Shown here: piece after piece, positions 48,931 through 60,202 of the stretch
Numbering within the stretch: the stretch's first letter is position 1
Layout: every line of letters begins with the position of its first letter
Source: Leptonemataceae bacterium
GTDB taxonomy: Bacteria; Spirochaetota; Leptospiria; Leptospirales; Leptonemataceae
Assembly: GCA_965227295.1 (NCBI GenBank)
Contig: OZ245742.1
Coordinates: 1,088,001 to 1,152,000, forward strand
Length of the DNA: 64,000 bases
Direction: 5' to 3'
Position numbers and translations under genes: made by a program
Notes under the pieces: model-generated
The model's input: the letters and a program-made list of their open reading frames with translations, nothing else
The model's database searches: none
What the model was told of the DNA's origin: nothing

Positions 48931-49800
48931 TCACAAGGTTGAATCCAGAAATGCCAGCACACCGTCCGCCCAGCGATCGGCCGCCTCGATCATGGGATAG
49001 TGACCGGCGTTGTCGAGAATATTGAGGCGGCTGCCCGGCATTTCCTCATGATGGACCCTCGCGATGTTCTCGCCGGTGATCGGGTCGGATCGCCCCCAGA
49101 GGAACAGGGTCGATAGTTGGTTCATCCTCAGCGCTCCCACCCAACGATGCCAGAACAGTTCGCGTTCGCGCAAATATTGTGTAATGAACGGTAACACTTT
49201 CTTGCCGTCGTTTCTCGGCAGCAGAGTCCACATCGCATCTACTTCCTCAGTCGAAAGCTTCGATGCGTCGTGCCAGAGCTGTTTCATGTTTTTTCGGAAG
49301 ATGCGCTTGCTGCTCAGCCGCGCAACGATGGGACCGATGCGCCGGTTCCGCAGTAACTTCTGAATAAATCGTAGCCTGGCCAGCTCTATATGCACTGACC
49401 CGTTCGACAGAGTCACGGACTGCAACTGGATCGGTTCAAGGCCCAGGTTCCGCCGTGCAATGATTTCAGTGGCAACTGTGGTGCCGTAATCGTGGGCAAC
49501 CAGATGCGCTCGTTCGATGCCCAACTTCGACCAGAGAACCAGTGCGCGATCCGCCTGTTCCATTACGGAGTAAGAGTAGTCCGTGGGCTTATCCGAGAAA
49601 CCGAATCCGGTATGATCATGTACTATGACACGATACTTATCCGCGAGCAAAGGCAGGGCCGCCTTGAAATCGTAAGACGAGGTGGGGTATCCGTGGAGAA
49701 TTACTATTGTTTCGGCGCCACTGCCGACATCCATCACGAAGAGTTTATGGCCACCGATCGTTACGTACGATCCGGACTCGTGCCAGGCTGTAATATTCAT
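48931..49800 (-). CDS. Alpha/beta hydrolase (epoxide hydrolase/MEST-like)
   Basis: HGYPTSSYD, GFGFSDKP, AHDYG, GHYP. Confidence 0.88.
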   Translation of the reverse strand: MNITAWHESGSYVTIGGHKLFVMDVGSGAETIVILHGYPTSSYDFKAALPLLADKYRVIVHDHTGFGFSDKPTDYSYSVMEQADRALVLWSKLGIERAHLVAHDYGTTVATEIIARRNLGLEPIQLQSVTLSNGSVHIELARLRFIQKLLRNRRIGPIVARLSSKRIFRKNMKQLWHDASKLSTEEVDAMWTLLPRNDGKKVLPFITQYLRERELFWHRWVGALRMNQLSTLFLWGRSDPITGENIARVHHEEMPGSRLNILDNAGHYPMIEAADRWADGVLAFLDSTL

Positions 49801-49917
49801 AATCCCCCCATAGCTGCCGACCAGAACAGACCGGTCTGTCTGCTGCATTCGGTCAAGCAAGAAAAACGGCAGAAATCATTGCTCGCCTCCGCACCCCGGG
49901 CTGCCTAGATTATCTCC

Positions 49918-50946
49918 GTGAATCACCGTGCCGATCCATTCATCCCACTTTCGTTTCCCTGGGAAACCCGGGATCCCTTCCTGTTCTGTGTCCATCACGA
50001 AGATCATTATCCTCGCGGGAACGGAGCCTACGGCCCGGATGCAGCGAGCCTCCAGGGGCGGCGCATCGGCATGGACTTCGAGCCCCGGGAGGGCTGGCGC
50101 ATGTACCACGGCAGTAAGGTCCCCGGCTTCCCCGCGCATCCGCACCGCGGCTTCGAGACGGTAACTGTCGTTCAGCGTGGCTTTGTGGACCACGCCGATT
50201 CCCAGGGAGCCGCCGGTCGCTACGGCGGCGGCGACGTGCAATGGATGACCGCCGGCCGCGGCCTGCAGCATTCCGAAATGTTCCCTCTGCTGTCAGCCGA
50301 ACAAGAAAACACGTTGGAGTTGTTTCAAATCTGGCTGAACCTGCCGGCGAAACGCAAGATGACCGAGCCCGCGTTTAAGATGCTGTGGAACGAAGATATT
50401 CCGGTGCTGCGTGAACAAGATGCATCGGGCAAGGAAACTCGTGTCATATTGTATGCGGGTGAACTTCAGGGCTTGCAACCGCCGGCCCCCGCACCGGACT
50501 CCTGGGCAGCCGAACCGGAAAACCATGTGGCGATCTGGAACATCATCCTGCCCGCTGGCGGCGAGTGGACGTTGCCCGCCGCGCCGGCCGGACTGAATCG
50601 CCGGTTGTACTATTATCGCGGGGCGGACCTGCTGCTCGACGGCAAGCCGATGCCCGAATACCACGCCGTTGATCTGGCCTCGGACGCTGCCCCTGCCCTC
50701 CGCGCCGACGGCCATGAAGAAGTGCGCATCCTGCTTTTACAGGGCCGGCCGATCAACGAGCCCGTCGTTCAGCACGGGCCGTTCTTCATGAACAAGCACG
50801 AGGAGATTCAACAGGCCTTCCACGATTACCAGGCGACGGGCTTCGGCGGCTGGCCCTGGAATGGTGCCGACCCCGTGCACGGCGGAGAACTCCGCCGGTT
50901 TGCGCGTTATGCGGACGGACGTGAGGAGAGCCGGCCTGTCGTTTAA
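49918..50946 (+). CDS. Pirin family protein
   Basis: HPHRGFETVT, HADS, QWMTAGRGLQHSE, QIWLNLP. Confidence 0.93.
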   Translation: MNHRADPFIPLSFPWETRDPFLFCVHHEDHYPRGNGAYGPDAASLQGRRIGMDFEPREGWRMYHGSKVPGFPAHPHRGFETVTVVQRGFVDHADSQGAAGRYGGGDVQWMTAGRGLQHSEMFPLLSAEQENTLELFQIWLNLPAKRKMTEPAFKMLWNEDIPVLREQDASGKETRVILYAGELQGLQPPAPAPDSWAAEPENHVAIWNIILPAGGEWTLPAAPAGLNRRLYYYRGADLLLDGKPMPEYHAVDLASDAAPALRADGHEEVRILLLQGRPINEPVVQHGPFFMNKHEEIQQAFHDYQATGFGGWPWNGADPVHGGELRRFARYADGREESRPVV

Positions 50947-51210
50947 CCGAAAGGCATAGAGCGGAGCGCCCGTGCCGGTCTGGGCCTGGCCGATGTCAAT
51001 GGCGACGGGTGCGTGCTGTCGACAACAGGCTGGAAAAAACTGTATCACCGGCGACACCAGTTTGACGATCTCGATCACCGTAGCAGGCGAGAGCAGGGCG
51101 AACACGGTTTCCTGGGGCCTGAACGGCGACGAAGGAGAAGCGCCGGAATAGGATCACGAGTACCGGCTGATCTCTCCTTGACGACGCGGACGTGGAAGCC
51201 TTCCTGAGGC

Positions 51211-52050
51211 GTGCCCGAACTACCGGACCTTGAGTACATCGTGAAGCGCGTCGAACCGGCGCTGACCGGGCGCAGTATTGCGGGGATCCACGTTCGCGAG
51301 TCCATCGTCATTCGCAACAGCCTCGGTCGGAAACTGGAAGATGCGTTGCCCGGGCTGGTGTTCGAGCGAGTATTCCGCCATGGCCCGTTCCTGCACTTCT
51401 CGCTTGGTGCGGTCGACCTGGTAATCCATCCCATGCTGGCCGGTCGCTTCTGGCTCGGGAAAGACGCGGAGAAACCGCGCGGTGCCGGCCTGTGTTTTCA
51501 GTTGCAACTCGATGCCGGGGTCTTCGCATACCTCGATACCAAAAAGATGGGCAAGGCCTACGTGAACCCGGCGGGCAGCGTCGATTCGATTCCCCGGTAC
51601 ACCGACCAGGGATTACCGTTGCTGTCGCCGGAGTTCACGGAAGAGAACTTCCGAAAGATCGCACAAAAACGCAAGCGCCAGCAGACCCGCGTCTTCTTAA
51701 TGGATCAAACGAACTTCAGCGCAATCGGGAATGCTTACGCGGACGAGATCCTCTTCGCGGCGCGCATTCACCCTAAAACACTCGTATCGCAACTTAACTA
51801 CGAGGAGCTACATAGCCTGTTCACGGCCATGGGTTCCGTAATACAATGGGGTATTGAAGCGGTGGCCGCGGCCGACGAACCCATTGACGTAAAAGTGCGC
51901 GACCACGTCAAAGTTCGCAATCGCCGTGACGAACCCTGCCCGAACTGCGGCACAAAAATCCGCAGGGTCGCCGTGCTCGGGCATGACGCGTTCTTCTGCC
52001 CGCAGTGTCAGCCCACCGGACGAAAGCAGTTCATTGATTGGCAAAAGTGA
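51211..52050 (+). CDS. Fpg/Nei family DNA glycosylase
   Basis: N-terminal PELP, GNAYADEIL (H2TH), CPNC..CPQC zinc finger. Confidence 0.92.
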   Translation: MPELPDLEYIVKRVEPALTGRSIAGIHVRESIVIRNSLGRKLEDALPGLVFERVFRHGPFLHFSLGAVDLVIHPMLAGRFWLGKDAEKPRGAGLCFQLQLDAGVFAYLDTKKMGKAYVNPAGSVDSIPRYTDQGLPLLSPEFTEENFRKIAQKRKRQQTRVFLMDQTNFSAIGNAYADEILFAARIHPKTLVSQLNYEELHSLFTAMGSVIQWGIEAVAAADEPIDVKVRDHVKVRNRRDEPCPNCGTKIRRVAVLGHDAFFCPQCQPTGRKQFIDWQK

Positions 52051-52051
52051 T

Positions 52052-52543
52052 TCACTGCTTTACGCCCTTGATTAACAACCAGAGGCAAAACGCGGTCTCG
52101 GCAAACACGGGCAACAGATACGCCATCTGAAATGCTGCCGCCGCTTCCGGCGCGAGCAACTTCAGATAACTACCAATCAAATACACGGGAGCGGCGGCCG
52201 TAATCAGCACGCCGATGATTCGCGGCAAGAAGCCGGACCGGTAGACCAGATAGCCCGTCACAAAACAATTGATGCCGAAGAAGAGCAGGCCAATGTCATA
52301 ACCGATACCGTGGGCCTGCACAAAAAAGAGTGCGAGAGAGCTGTATCCATCTTCCTGAGCGCCTGAACTCGAAAGGAGTAGAATCACGAACTGAAGATTC
52401 AGCAGGTTCGCACCGAGCACCGCGGCCTGGGTCAGTCGAAACGCCGTGGCCATCATGGCGCCGGTCTGGCTCACCGGTCGCAGCAGTACGTAGAGCAATA
52501 CCGCCAGAGCGACGTCGCACAGCATCATGATGGTATCCACCAC
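52052..52543 (-). pseudogene. 5'-truncated DUF4386-like membrane protein
   Basis: LLYVLLRPV, GLLFFG, LPRIIG, C-terminal E..FCLWLLIKGV; reading frame appears to begin mid-protein without an RBS. Confidence 0.55.
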
Positions 52544-52615
52544 CAGTTGGTTTCGTCACATCGGATGTAAGGCCACACGTCAGCAGGCGGTCAAGCAAGA
52601 TCGACCCGATCGCTG

Positions 52616-54898
52616 TTACGGAGCCGGAACATCCGACTCGCGCACTCCGTCATCCCCTACCCGCATCACAAACTTTGCATCAATCGTACTTAAATTCGCC
52701 GTCCCGCACAGGTTCATCGTCTTTCGCAGATCGTCCGCCATATCCGTAAACAACCACTTCACGGCTGCCACGTCTCCGCCCACCGCGGCGATGGCGGCCG
52801 GTCGGCCCACGAGTACACCCTGCGCACCGAGAGCCATCATCTTAAACGCGTCACGGCCCGTACGCACGCCGCCGTCCACAAGCACCGGAATGCGCCCGCC
52901 GATCACCCGTGCCACTTCCGGTAGGACGCGCGCGGTGCCCGGCATATCGTCGAGGACCCGTCCCCCGTGATTGCTCACAACGATCGCGTCCACCCCGGCA
53001 CGTAACGCCTCTTCGGCATCGAGCGGTGACATGATTCCTTTCAAAACGAACGGCAGCGTCGTCTCGTCGCGCAGCATTCGCAGGGCCTCATAGCTTCGGG
53101 CCACGGTACGTTGTTTACGCAATTGCATCGTCTTAAACGACAGCGCATCGATGTCTATTCCCACCGCGACCAACCCGGCTTCTTCCGAAGCACGAAAGCG
53201 TTCGATAAGCGCCTGCGAATCCTCGCGGGGTTTGAAGATCGCCACGCCGAAGCCTTCGACGGTGCGCAGGGCATCGAGGATGACTTTGTATTTCTCCGGA
53301 GAAGCACCGTCCCCGACCCACGCAATGGTTCCGGCGTCGCGACACGCTTCGAGTAAGATGCGCGCGAACTCGAACTCGCCCACGGCACCGTGCATGTTTG
53401 TTACAGCTCCGGTCATGGGTGCTGCCGCGATGGGATGATCGAAGCGCCGGCCGAACAGTTCCAGGCTCATATCCGCTGGTGCCTCCACGGGTTCTCGAAT
53501 GTAGCGCGGGACGATGCGGAGTTCCGAAAGGGCCCGTGAATTATCCTGAAAGCTCAGCATGCGACCCGTGCCGCCCATGCCCGGTACTCCCGACGCACAG
53601 TTCGTGCCGTCGCAAATTTTGCACACCCAGCATACGCGATCCGTAAACCTCAAACGGGCCCGCTCTTCTACTTTTTTCCAATCCACACTGAACGCGTCGT
53701 CAACTTCTAACTGCAACTCAGCGAATGCTTGCGCGACGATGGCCTCGGCTTCTTCGAGACTATCGGCCGCGGCCACGACGTGCCCCGCCTTGTCGATGTT
53801 CGAGGTCGCCTCGGGAATCACGTCACCGATCTTACGCGTGAATTGCACCGCCGCCACGCCGGGTACGCGTTCCATGGACTCCTTGCCGGAGAACGAGAGA
53901 ATCTTGCCGGGCCGGCCGAGAATACAGCGTTCGATGGCCACACGATTCCGGATGGGTTCGACGGCATCCGGTTCTTCGCCGAGGGCAATCTGGATTGCCG
54001 CGCGCAGCAGGTTTACGCCGGAATGCAACGGGAACGTGTGCGAGGACATGAATCCGCCGGACAGGCGCGCGGCCACCTCGCCGACCTTAACACCATCGGC
54101 GGTAATCTTAAGATCCCCCTTGCCCGCGCCGGTATGAATCCCCAGGGCCCGCATGGCGGAACGCATCACATGTTCGGCTTCACGCAGAATCTCCGGACTT
54201 TGGGCCGAAGGCATGTTGTGCCCCAACTCTACAAAGTACGGTTCTTTTTCGATGATGCGATCGGCGATGCCGCACATGCGAAACGAGTCGCCGCGGTTCC
54301 AGGCAAGGGCGTCGACGGAAAGCTCCGGGCCGGCCATATACTCTTCAAGAATCATCTCACCCGTAGGCGAGTACTTCTTCGCGTGCCGAAACGCGGCGTA
54401 CATTTCTTCGCGGCCGCTCACCTTGATGACACCGCGAGCGCCCATGTTGTCGGCAGGCTTCAGGACCAGCGGAAACGTAAGCTCGTCCATGGCTTCCCGC
54501 GCTTCTTTGATCGACCATACGGAAAAGAAGTCCGGCACGGGCACGCCGTGTTGCCGCAAACGTTTGCGCATGAGAACCTTGTTGCTCGCGGCCTCGGCGT
54601 CGGCGTAACGAATGCCCGGTAACTCCAGAGTGCCCGCGATGGCCGCCACGGCCCGGCTCGCATCGGTGCCCGCCGTAATCACACCGTGCACCGGCATCGT
54701 TTCGCGAAGCAGGCGCGCCTCACGCACACAGCCGTCAATGTCCCGCGTACTCATTACGACGGTGCGGTCCGCGAGGGCCATGCCCGGCGCGTCCGCCGAC
54801 ATATCAAACACGATTACGAACAGCCCCATCTCCCGCGCCGTTTCGATGAGCGGGACCTGCAGCATGCCGCCGCCGATGATAATCAGATTACGTCGCAT
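52616..54898 (-). CDS. Fusion of an N-terminal ATP-grasp ligase domain and a C-terminal FMN-dependent alpha-hydroxy acid dehydrogenase
   Basis: [34 protein letters not shown]; then APMTG, LKGI, SNHGGR, DGGVR, GRP. Confidence 0.9.
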   Translation of the reverse strand: MRRNLIIIGGGMLQVPLIETAREMGLFVIVFDMSADAPGMALADRTVVMSTRDIDGCVREARLLRETMPVHGVITAGTDASRAVAAIAGTLELPGIRYADAEAASNKVLMRKRLRQHGVPVPDFFSVWSIKEAREAMDELTFPLVLKPADNMGARGVIKVSGREEMYAAFRHAKKYSPTGEMILEEYMAGPELSVDALAWNRGDSFRMCGIADRIIEKEPYFVELGHNMPSAQSPEILREAEHVMRSAMRALGIHTGAGKGDLKITADGVKVGEVAARLSGGFMSSHTFPLHSGVNLLRAAIQIALGEEPDAVEPIRNRVAIERCILGRPGKILSFSGKESMERVPGVAAVQFTRKIGDVIPEATSNIDKAGHVVAAADSLEEAEAIVAQAFAELQLEVDDAFSVDWKKVEERARLRFTDRVCWVCKICDGTNCASGVPGMGGTGRMLSFQDNSRALSELRIVPRYIREPVEAPADMSLELFGRRFDHPIAAAPMTGAVTNMHGAVGEFEFARILLEACRDAGTIAWVGDGASPEKYKVILDALRTVEGFGVAIFKPREDSQALIERFRASEEAGLVAVGIDIDALSFKTMQLRKQRTVARSYEALRMLRDETTLPFVLKGIMSPLDAEEALRAGVDAIVVSNHGGRVLDDMPGTARVLPEVARVIGGRIPVLVDGGVRTGRDAFKMMALGAQGVLVGRPAAIAAVGGDVAAVKWLFTDMADDLRKTMNLCGTANLSTIDAKFVMRVGDDGVRESDVPAP

Positions 54899-55045
54899 AG
54901 AGAGTGTCCTGTAAGATCGGGCTTCTTTCAATATCGGTGCAATCCAAAAAATAATGAGATGTCCTGTAAGTCAGCGGTTGGCTCACGGCCGGATCAGCAC
55001 GTAAATGACTTTCCCGCAGGGCTTCGCGTCACTTCCTTGCCGGTA

Positions 55046-56932
55046 ATGTCCGGCCCCTCTCAATACGATGTGATCGTCGTCGGCGGCGGCCACGCCGGAG
55101 CCGAGGCGGCCCATGCCACCGCTCGCGGCGGACTGCGCACGTTACTGGTCACCATGAACCTGGACACCATCGGGCAGATGTCGTGCAACCCGGCTATCGG
55201 CGGCATCGCCAAAGGACACATGGTCCGGGAGATCGACGCGCTCGGCGGTATCATGGGACGGGTGATCGACGAAACCGGCATCCACTTCAAAATGCTCAAT
55301 CGCTCGAAGGGACCGGCCGTCTGGGCGCCGCGGGCACAGGCCGAGAAGCGCGAGTACCAGAATCGCGTGAAGTGGATGCTTGAAGCCACGCCGAATCTTT
55401 CGTTCTACCAGGATACCTGCGAGTCTCTTCTAATAGAAGAGGATACCGTGCGCGGTGTAGTGACCGGCCGCGGCCGAGAGTTTCAGTGCACATACATTGT
55501 GCTGACCACCGGCACGTTCTTACAGGGACTGATCCACATCGGCGAATTCCAGCAGCGCTCCGGACGCATCGCCGAAAGCTCGGCCATGGGCCTGAGCGAT
55601 TGCCTCGCGCACTACGGCTTCCAGCTCGGCCGCCTCAAGACCGGCACGCCGCCCAGGATCCTCGCGCGGAGTGTCGATTTCTCCGTCTTCGAAGAACAGA
55701 CACCGGACGAGGATCCGCAGCCGTTTTCTTTTTCGACCGCGCAGTTGCCGCAAGAGCAGATCTCCTGCTGGATCACCTATACCAACGATCGCACGCACGA
55801 AATCATTCGCAACAACCTGGAACGTTCGCCCATGTACTCCGGTCAAATCGAAGGCACGGGGCCGCGCTACTGCCCGAGCATCGAAGACAAGATCGTCCGT
55901 TTCGCCGACCGCGAACGGCATCACGTCTTCATCGAACCGGAAGGTCGACTCACCGGCGAACTGTATCTCAACGGCGTATCCACCAGCCTGCCGGAAGAAG
56001 TCCAGTGGGATGTGGTCCGTTCCATTCCCGGCCTGGAAGAGGCTGAGATCATCCGCCCCGGCTACGCCGTAGAGTACGACTTCGTGGATCCGCGCGAACT
56101 TACACCGGATCTCCAGACGAAAAAGATTCGCGGCCTGTACTTCGCCGGCCAGATCAACGGGACCACCGGTTACGAAGAAGCCGGCGCCCAGGGATTGATG
56201 GCCGGCCTGAACATCCTGCGTCGCGAACGCGGTGAAACGGATCCCTTCGTCCTCGGCCGGGGTGAAGCCTATATAGGCGTGCTCATCGACGACCTGGTTT
56301 ACAAAGGCGTGGAAGACCCGTACCGCATGTTCACGTCACGAGCCGAACATCGTCTCGTACTGCGCCAGGACAACGCCGATCGGCGCCTCATGCCGTACGG
56401 TCGGGAACTCGGTCTCGTGAACGAAGAGACGTTCTACGTCATGGAAAACCGCTATGGTAAGATCGCGGGAGTGAAGAGTGCCCTGGAAAGCACGGGCATG
56501 AAACCATCCGCCGGGTTCGACGCGCTACTGGCCCGCAAAGAAATGCAGCCGCCGAAGTCGGTCTTCGGCAAGAGTGTGGCCGCCTTTCTGCGCCGCACGG
56601 ATGTGGAAATCGACGACGTGCGCGAATTGAAACTCGTCCCGGGGCTGGATGAGCTCACCCCGGAACAGCTGCAAATCCTCGAGCTGGAAGTGAAGTACGA
56701 AGGTTACGTCCGCCGTGAAGAAGAAAAGATCGCGCAGCGGCAGAAGAACCGCCTTGTGAAGATTCCAGTGGACTTCGACTACGGGAACGTGGACGGCCTT
56801 AAAAAAGAAGCCGCCGAGAAACTCGCGCGACTACGCCCCCTGGATCTTGAGAGCGCGGCCCGCATCTCCGGCGTCGACCCCACGGACGTCGACCTGCTCT
56901 ACATACACCTGAAAGAAACAGCGCCGGCCTGA
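55046..56932 (+). CDS. mnmG: tRNA uridine-5-carboxymethylaminomethyl modification enzyme MnmG/GidA
   Basis: [48 protein letters not shown]. Confidence 0.97.
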   Translation: MSGPSQYDVIVVGGGHAGAEAAHATARGGLRTLLVTMNLDTIGQMSCNPAIGGIAKGHMVREIDALGGIMGRVIDETGIHFKMLNRSKGPAVWAPRAQAEKREYQNRVKWMLEATPNLSFYQDTCESLLIEEDTVRGVVTGRGREFQCTYIVLTTGTFLQGLIHIGEFQQRSGRIAESSAMGLSDCLAHYGFQLGRLKTGTPPRILARSVDFSVFEEQTPDEDPQPFSFSTAQLPQEQISCWITYTNDRTHEIIRNNLERSPMYSGQIEGTGPRYCPSIEDKIVRFADRERHHVFIEPEGRLTGELYLNGVSTSLPEEVQWDVVRSIPGLEEAEIIRPGYAVEYDFVDPRELTPDLQTKKIRGLYFAGQINGTTGYEEAGAQGLMAGLNILRRERGETDPFVLGRGEAYIGVLIDDLVYKGVEDPYRMFTSRAEHRLVLRQDNADRRLMPYGRELGLVNEETFYVMENRYGKIAGVKSALESTGMKPSAGFDALLARKEMQPPKSVFGKSVAAFLRRTDVEIDDVRELKLVPGLDELTPEQLQILELEVKYEGYVRREEEKIAQRQKNRLVKIPVDFDYGNVDGLKKEAAEKLARLRPLDLESAARISGVDPTDVDLLYIHLKETAPA

Positions 56933-56935
56933 TCG

Positions 56936-58045
56936 CTACCGACCCGGCACGCCTTCTTCACCGGTAAAGATCCGCACAATGTAGTACCTGCCGTCGCCGC
57001 CTTCTTCGCCGTCGTTCAGCGCCGGTGTGAGGTGGAGCTTGTTCACAGCGACGAACAGCCAGCCCGGCGGCGAACCGAACGACAACGCATCCGGCCAACT
57101 CAGGAGCTCGTCGTGCTGCGCGAGGGTCGTGAGATTGCCGTCCAGGTCCAGGCGATCAATAGATTTATTGCCTACGTTAGTGAAATAATGATTTCCCGTT
57201 TGATCCGTGGCGGCCCCGTCGGAAACGGGCTTCGGCCCCACGGTTTCGATCTGCCCGAGCACCTGGGCCTTCGGGCCACGGCCCTGCAGGGCGGCGGCCG
57301 GAAGCGAGTACCATCGTGTCCCGGACATGGCCCCGTAGAATACAGTTTCGTAATCCGCTGAGATGGTAATCGGATTGATGCCGACCTTCGCCGGTCGGCC
57401 GCCCATTGTTAAGGTTCGCTCGCCGATTGTTACCGTGCCATCGGCCTCCGCTTCGAACGAGGGATGGCCGTCATAGCGCCAGGCATCCTTTTCGTCCAGG
57501 TCTACGACCACGAGGCCGGGCCGGCCGGAGCCACCGATGTCCGCGATGTAAGCAAAGCCGGCATGGGGGTCCACGGCCAGGTCGTTGAAGAAGCTACCCG
57601 CCGGCCCCACGCTCGCCGAAAACTCAATCCGTTCCAGAAGTTCCCCGCCGGCGACATCGAACGCGAACAGCCGGGGCGCAACAGGTTCCCCGGCACCAAG
57701 GCCGTTGTCGAGGACCCACAATCGATTCAACTCATCGATCTGTACGCCGAGCACCGAGACGAAAAAGTCCGACCCTTCGTTCGTCGGCGTGTTCCACTGG
57801 TCGTTCGGCCAGGGGATCATGGTTCCACCGGGCAGGACCTCGACGAGTCGGGCGGAGCCGGGGCGGAACTGGTGCACGCTGGCAAAGACCCGGCCGTCGG
57901 TAGAGACCGTAAGATTGCCCGGATTTTCCTCCAGCACGGCCACCACTTCCAGATGACCCACGGGCGGTTTGCAGGAGCCACCGGAGACGATCATGGCGGC
58001 TGCAATCAGGAGAACATAAGAACGTTTCGCGGATAAGAACTTCAT
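56936..58045 (-). CDS. Major royal jelly protein/yellow-like beta-propeller, probable lipoprotein
   Basis: SVLGVQIDELNRLWVLDNG, FFNDLAVD, AYIAD, WPD; signal ending GGSC. Confidence 0.82.
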   Translation of the reverse strand: MKFLSAKRSYVLLIAAAMIVSGGSCKPPVGHLEVVAVLEENPGNLTVSTDGRVFASVHQFRPGSARLVEVLPGGTMIPWPNDQWNTPTNEGSDFFVSVLGVQIDELNRLWVLDNGLGAGEPVAPRLFAFDVAGGELLERIEFSASVGPAGSFFNDLAVDPHAGFAYIADIGGSGRPGLVVVDLDEKDAWRYDGHPSFEAEADGTVTIGERTLTMGGRPAKVGINPITISADYETVFYGAMSGTRWYSLPAAALQGRGPKAQVLGQIETVGPKPVSDGAATDQTGNHYFTNVGNKSIDRLDLDGNLTTLAQHDELLSWPDALSFGSPPGWLFVAVNKLHLTPALNDGEEGGDGRYYIVRIFTGEEGVPGR

Positions 58046-58146
58046 GCGACCCAAAGAAATACAACCGCGCGCGCCTCGCCACGGTTTAAAGCTTTAAAGA
58101 AGAGGCGAACTCCTGAAACTGCGTACCCTGTTTGAAAGATCGATCT

Positions 58147-59550
58147 ATGACTGCATCCACACAAAGCCTGCCCGATCCACAGCTCCCCCGTAAACCGGTC
58201 TATGTAAAGCTGCCCGAATCCGGCCTGGATTTCTTCCGACTCTTCCGGATTCTCGAACATGAATGTGAGACCTGCTTCTTTCTGGAGTCCCTGGGCGAGG
58301 GCGAAGGCGAATCCCGCTACTCGGTCATCGGTTTTGATCCGGACGCAGTCATCCGCGGGCAACCCGGCCTCCTGGAATGGCAAGGGCGCGAAGGCGGACG
58401 GCTCTCGTTACCCGCGGAGAATCCTTACGACGCCCTGCAGGCCTGGATGCCACAGAACATCATCTCGCGCAACTACGCCGGCGGACTGGTCGGCTATTTA
58501 AACTACGAGGCCATGAACTTCTTTGAGCCCGTGCTTGGCCTTGCCTGGCATCCGGACTTCGATCCGTTCTGCTTCGGCGTATACTCGGACGGACTCATCC
58601 TCGATAAAATGACGGGCGAAGTCTACTACGTCTACTTTCACGAAGACCGCTCCGAACGAGTGCGCGCCTGGATTAATTCCGACGTCCCCGAACACGAACC
58701 GCTCAGTGTGCGCAGCCTCGGCCAGAGCCGTAGCCGCGAGCAGTACTATCCCATGGTCGAAGAGACCCTCGAAGAAATCCGCGCCGGCAACACATTCCAG
58801 TGTCAGATCGGCTTTCTCGAAGAGTACGAACTCAGCGGTCACCCCATGGCCATCTACGAAGAACTGCGCCGGGTCAATCCGTCACCGCATATGTTTTACG
58901 TGAAGTTCGGTGACCACCTGCAAATCGGTGCGTCACCGGAACTCATCTTTCGTCTGCGCCAGGGTGAGATGGAAACCTATCCCCTGGCCGGCACCACAAA
59001 ACGCGGCACCGATCTCGCCGAGGACATACACCTGGCCCGCACCCTTCTCAACGATCCCAAAGAAATCGCCGAACACAACATGCTCGTGGACCTGCACCGC
59101 AACGATCTCGGCCGCGTGGCACGCTTCGGCACCGTGAAGGTTCGTCGGCTCATGGACGCCAAAAAGTTTTCCCACGTGCAGCACATCTCCAGCGAAGTCG
59201 TCGGCATCATCCGCAAAGACTGCGATATGTTCGACGGTCTTAAGTCGGTGTACCCGGCAGGCACGCTGTCCGGCGCACCGAAGATCGAATCCATGAAGAT
59301 CATAGAACGCATTGAGCAATCCCCGCGCGGGCCGTACGGAGGCGCCGTGGGTCACTTCGGCTGGAACGGCGAATGCACCTTCGCGATTCCCATTCGCTCC
59401 ACGTTCATTGCCGGCAAGCGCGCCGTGGTCCGGGCGTCCGCCGGCATCGTCTACGACTCCACACCACCCAATGAATACCAGGAGATCCAGCGCAAGCTCG
59501 CCGGCATGAACAAGACCCTCAGTCGTTTCATGAAGAACGACGCCGCGTAA
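58147..59550 (+). CDS. trpE: Anthranilate synthase component I (TrpE/PabB family)
   Basis: FLES, NPSPHM, ASPE, PLAGT, EHNMLVDLHRND, PAGTLSGAPK, AGIV. Confidence 0.85.
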   Translation: MTASTQSLPDPQLPRKPVYVKLPESGLDFFRLFRILEHECETCFFLESLGEGEGESRYSVIGFDPDAVIRGQPGLLEWQGREGGRLSLPAENPYDALQAWMPQNIISRNYAGGLVGYLNYEAMNFFEPVLGLAWHPDFDPFCFGVYSDGLILDKMTGEVYYVYFHEDRSERVRAWINSDVPEHEPLSVRSLGQSRSREQYYPMVEETLEEIRAGNTFQCQIGFLEEYELSGHPMAIYEELRRVNPSPHMFYVKFGDHLQIGASPELIFRLRQGEMETYPLAGTTKRGTDLAEDIHLARTLLNDPKEIAEHNMLVDLHRNDLGRVARFGTVKVRRLMDAKKFSHVQHISSEVVGIIRKDCDMFDGLKSVYPAGTLSGAPKIESMKIIERIEQSPRGPYGGAVGHFGWNGECTFAIPIRSTFIAGKRAVVRASAGIVYDSTPPNEYQEIQRKLAGMNKTLSRFMKNDAA

Positions 59551-59568
59551 TCCGGAGCCCTTACGATC

Positions 59569-60201
59569 ATGAAAGTCCTCTTAGTAGATAACTACGACTC
59601 CTTCACGTTCAATCTCTATCAGTATGCAGGCGAACTCCTCGAAGATCGTCTCGGTTCGAACGGCTTCACGTTTCACGTGGAACGCAACGACGAGATCGAC
59701 ATCGCGGAGGTCGAGCGCCGGCAGTACGACCGCATCATACTCTCGCCCGGCCCAGGCGATCCGGCAGACCCGGAGTACTTCGGCGTGTGTTCGGACATTC
59801 TGCGCGGGCCCGCAAAGAAACTACCGGTCCTCGGCGTTTGCCTCGGCATGCAGGGCATGGCCCATGTCTACGGCGGGCGGGTGAGTCGCGCGCGTCTGCC
59901 GATGCACGGCAAAACTTCAAATGTGCGCAACGACGGTCGCGGGGTCTTCGCCGGTCTACCTCAGGAACTGGAAGTCATGCGCTATCACTCACTGATTGTC
60001 GAGCGAGAGGCGCTACCGGATTGCTTTGAGATCACATCCGAGACCACCGAGGCCGACGAGTCGGAACGCGAGATCATGGGCATCCGCCACAAAGAGTTCC
60101 GACGGCTCGAAGGCATTCAGTTTCATCCAGAGTCCTTCGCCACCGAGGCCGGCATGACAATGGTCGAAAACTTTCTCTTCCAGGACAACGGAGCAAACTA
60201 A
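59569..60201 (+). CDS. trpG: Anthranilate synthase component II / glutamine amidotransferase (TrpG/PabA)
   Basis: DNYDSFT, SPGPG, GVCLG, RYHSL, QFHPES. Confidence 0.88.
   Translation: MKVLLVDNYDSFTFNLYQYAGELLEDRLGSNGFTFHVERNDEIDIAEVERRQYDRIILSPGPGDPADPEYFGVCSDILRGPAKKLPVLGVCLGMQGMAHVYGGRVSRARLPMHGKTSNVRNDGRGVFAGLPQELEVMRYHSLIVEREALPDCFEITSETTEADESEREIMGIRHKEFRRLEGIQFHPESFATEAGMTMVENFLFQDNGAN
59669..59684. promoter_or_regulatory. parS-like site within trpG
   Basis: CGTTTCACGTGGAACG matches the GTTtCAcgTGgAAC parS consensus. Confidence 0.75.
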
Positions 60202-60202
60202 A

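Noticed and set aside
51041..51058. CITGDT peptide resembling an intein/Hint N-terminus
   Set aside because: The frame closes after about 35 codons with no other intein blocks or host gene.
54686..55045. 120-aa N-terminal extension of MnmG in the ORF track
   Set aside because: Overlaps the divergent gene; recognisable MnmG sequence begins at ATG 55046.
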